From Kiritimatiellia bacterium (GTDB lineage Bacteria; Verrucomicrobiota; Kiritimatiellia; RFP12; UBA1067), in contig JBMNFY010000017.1 of assembly GCA_050949565.1 (NCBI GenBank), positions 416,001 through 480,000 of the forward strand: a DNA stretch of 64,000 bases. The letters run 5' to 3'. The notes below the pieces were generated by a model. That model had not been told where the DNA came from. It saw only the letters and a list, made by a program, of their open reading frames with translations, and searched no databases. How positions within the stretch are numbered: the first letter of the stretch is position 1; the number at the start of each line of letters is the position of its first letter. This document shows positions 61,670-64,000 of this stretch, piece after piece. Position numbers and translations under genes: made by a program.

Positions 61670-62770
61670 CTGACCGGCGGCGGTCACGCCGCGATTTTTC
61701 GACCACGAAACACACAAAACACACGAACGGACACAGCACTGCTTCCATTTTTAACCACGAATGATGCAAATCAGGCGGGATTGTCACGCCCTTTCAGGGC
61801 TGATGCCGTGGGTTGGCATCTGACCATAGGGCGTTTCCCTGTGTTGGTATATCACGCCCCTTCGGGGCTACTTTTAAACGACGCTCCAACTCTTGTCATC
61901 AGGCTTGCGAAGCAGGATCGGGCAAGCGCCTGCTTGCCCGCGGACGAGCAGACGCTCGTCCGGTGCTCCGCGAGGGAACCTGAGCGGAAGCCGGCTCGCG
62001 GGGAGACTCGCCCTCCAATCTTCGCGCCTTCGCGCCTTCGCGTGAAACAACCGAGCCATGCCCCTCCCCAAGAACTCTGTGTTCTCTGTGCGCTCTGTGG
62101 TTCCAAAAACCGAGCAGAGCCCCAAAAAATCGGCGTAATCTGTTAATCTGTGGATAAAAAAAACGAACCATGCCCACCCAAAAACCTCTGTACCTCTGTG
62201 TCTCTGTGGTTTGACAACTAAGGGACAGTGTGCAGGTGTGGCACGGGCATCTTGCCCGTGTTTCATGGGCGGGACGCCCATGCCACGAGGGGCTTTGTAA
62301 GAGCCCTGTGTCACATATTCGAATATGTGACACAAGGCAGTGATTGGGCGTTGGGCATCGCGCGTTTTTTTTTGAGCGTTGAGAGTCTTCCTCAAGCAAC
62401 GCACGGAACATGGCGGCGTGACCGCCGCCCGGACGGGCAGACGTTCATCCCCTCCCGGCGCTGCGCGAGCCCCGATCACAGGCTGGAAGGCGAGCGTCCC
62501 CGCGAGCCGCCTTCCGCTGTGCGCGGAGTTAGGAGTTAGCCCACCGCCCGCGCTTCGCACGGAAATGTAAATGAGAATAACTTTGGGTGTAAGTTATAGG
62601 CAAGGAGCTTTTTACTTCTGCGTTCTGCGTCCGGCGTTCAACGTTCAGCGTTCAGAGGCGGCGTGACCGCCGCCGGACGGGCAGACGCTCGTCCCTTCGC
62701 TCCGCAAGCCCGATCATAGGCTGGGAGGGCGAGTGTCTCCACGAGCCGCCTCCCGCACACAGCGCAGCGT
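61670..62770. repeat. REP/short-repeat-dense intergenic tract
   Basis: GCCCTTTCAGGGC and GCCCCTTCGGGGC pair, GGGCAAGCGCCTGCTTGCCC, linker/triple-repeat modules at 62020-62212, the 13.6-kb element copy, a perfect 28-bp palindrome, and two related blocks at 62412-62522 and 62657-62760. Confidence 0.85.
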
Positions 62771-62794
62771 TTTTTACCCCAAACAGAACAGCCA

Positions 62795-63170
62795 CGACAC
62801 CTCATGTCCGAACCGCGCTCGTGCCCACACCTTGAAAGGTGTGGGCATAGCAGCCCCATCAGCCGAGCATGCCAAAACGCACCCCTCGCGCATCTGGCGA
62901 TCACGCTGAAACCCCTGTTTTTAAAGGCTCATCCCGCTCCATACGCCGCTAAACGCACCACCGGATTGACCCACGTCCGAACCACGCTTACTTCCACACT
63001 TTGAAAGGTGTGGAAATGTCCGCCCCACAGATGGGCATGCCAAAACGCACCCCTCGCGCATCTGGCGATCACGCTGAAAACCCTGTTTTTAAAGGCTCAT
63101 CCCGCTCCATACGCCGCTGAACGCACCACCGGATTGACCCACGTCCGAACCACGCTTACTTCCACACCTT
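62795..63170. repeat. About 2.2 tandem copies of a 168-bp unit with an internal palindrome
   Basis: GCATGCCAAAACGC at 62867 and 63035; palindromes CCCACACCTTGAAAGGTGTGGG and TTCCACACTTTGAAAGGTGTGGAA. Confidence 0.9.
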
Positions 63171-63316
63171 CCAAATACACATTCCGCTTTTCATCAGAAA
63201 CACATGATCTTCGCCCCCCTGTCACTAACCGATTACCAGTTCCCTGCGGTTTAACGTGGACACCCCTCTGGAATCAGTTATACTGTGGCAGACCTTTTAT
63301 GATGGAGATCGTACTG

Positions 63317-64000
63317 ATGAGATTGATGCTGGTCGCAATTGCGGTTCTTGCCATGGTGTGCACGTCAAAGGCTACGGTGCAGACCTTTCCCGAAGGCCGG
63401 TCCTGGCTCGGAACCAGGACTGAGCTGCATGCAGACGGCAGGCGGCTCACGGTCAAGGACGCGAAGGGCGGCACGCTCGGTTCCTTCATCGCGGAGCCAG
63501 GCGGCATGTCGCTTCGTGGACTTGTCGTTTCTAACGCCGGCGATCAGCTCGTCATCGACGCGAAGGCACTTTTCAAAGAAGGTGCGACCAAGCTTGTCTT
63601 CCGGGGCTGCAATCTCGACGCGAATGCGCTCGGCGGACGTAGCGCGACGATCCTCGGCGAGGTCGAGGCACCCCGCGGCAGTGAATTCGATTTCCTCTTC
63701 GAAGGCTACGGCCAGGGGCATTACTACCGCACGAAGAAACTGAAGGGCATGGCGCGCCGCCGGACTTACCGGATGATGGCCGATGTCGAGGCCGGGCTTC
63801 GTGGCCTCCACCTCCGCTTCGATGTCCGTCGGCCGGGTGATGGCGGCTCGGTGAAGCTGGGCGCGTTCACGATCGGTACGTTTGAGGAGCAGCCGATTCA
63901 GCTCGCGAAGAAATACGTGAAGGGTGAACTCGTCTTCCACTGTCCCTTCGACGGCCATGCCGTTGCCACCGTTGGCGCGGGGCGTCGCGAGCCGCTCGCG
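63317..64000 (+). CDS. Secreted protein, 3'-truncated by the window end (LamG-like domain begins near the end)
   Basis: GGAG RBS, MRLMLVAIAVLAMVCTSKA signal peptide, frame open to 64000, LVFHCPFDG; absent from the ORF track because it has no stop. Confidence 0.75.
   Translation, partial: MRLMLVAIAVLAMVCTSKATVQTFPEGRSWLGTRTELHADGRRLTVKDAKGGTLGSFIAEPGGMSLRGLVVSNAGDQLVIDAKALFKEGATKLVFRGCNLDANALGGRSATILGEVEAPRGSEFDFLFEGYGQGHYYRTKKLKGMARRRTYRMMADVEAGLRGLHLRFDVRRPGDGGSVKLGAFTIGTFEEQPIQLAKKYVKGELVFHCPFDGHAVATVGAGRREPLA

Noticed and set aside
60500-61700. Integron cassette
   Set aside because: No convincing RYYYAAC...GTTRRRY attC structure and no integrase.
60579-62228. 12-bp direct repeat ACTAAGGGACAG flanking the AT-rich gene as a target-site duplication
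   Set aside because: Short enough to arise by chance in repeat-rich DNA, and it does not match the compositional boundaries.
63365-63958. Minus-strand 197-aa ORF
   Set aside because: Shadow of the plus-strand signal-peptide gene starting at 63317.

Overview
A 64-kb window of a high-GC bacterial chromosome. The gene repertoire suggests the PVC superphylum, Kiritimatiellae/Lentisphaerae-like (inference only). Housekeeping blocks are folD-hypothetical-nudC, DUF362-polyferredoxin-queH, nusA-infB-rbfA-truB-ribF and trpS-scpA-scpB. A ~17-kb minus-strand catabolic locus encodes a secreted ADP-ribosylglycohydrolase, a ribokinase, a GRP/ureide-permease-type transporter, XylR, two TIM-barrel isomerases, a ThuA-like protein, two Tat-exported Gfo/Idh/MocA oxidoreductases and four ceramidase-like hydrolases. 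There are also four large exported LamG/beta-strand-repeat protein genes. Main points: (1) a stand-alone, membrane-anchored bacterial homologue of the Hedgehog N-terminal domain, with intact Zn ligands, at the end of the trpS-scpAB operon; (2) a shared C-terminal G-x-hydrophobic-R/K tail on all four large surface proteins, three clearly and one probably interrupted, while the other full-length genes look intact; (3) modular intergenic arrays in which a constant linker alternates with variable triple short repeats, one of them amplified to a 17 x 120-bp tandem array; (4) a 38-bp activator-like site shared by two promoters at identical spacing; (5) a head-to-head deletion scar fusing two 5'-truncated genes. 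I saw no CRISPR array, tRNA, rRNA, integrase or transposase. All homology calls are motif recognition by eye, not database results.
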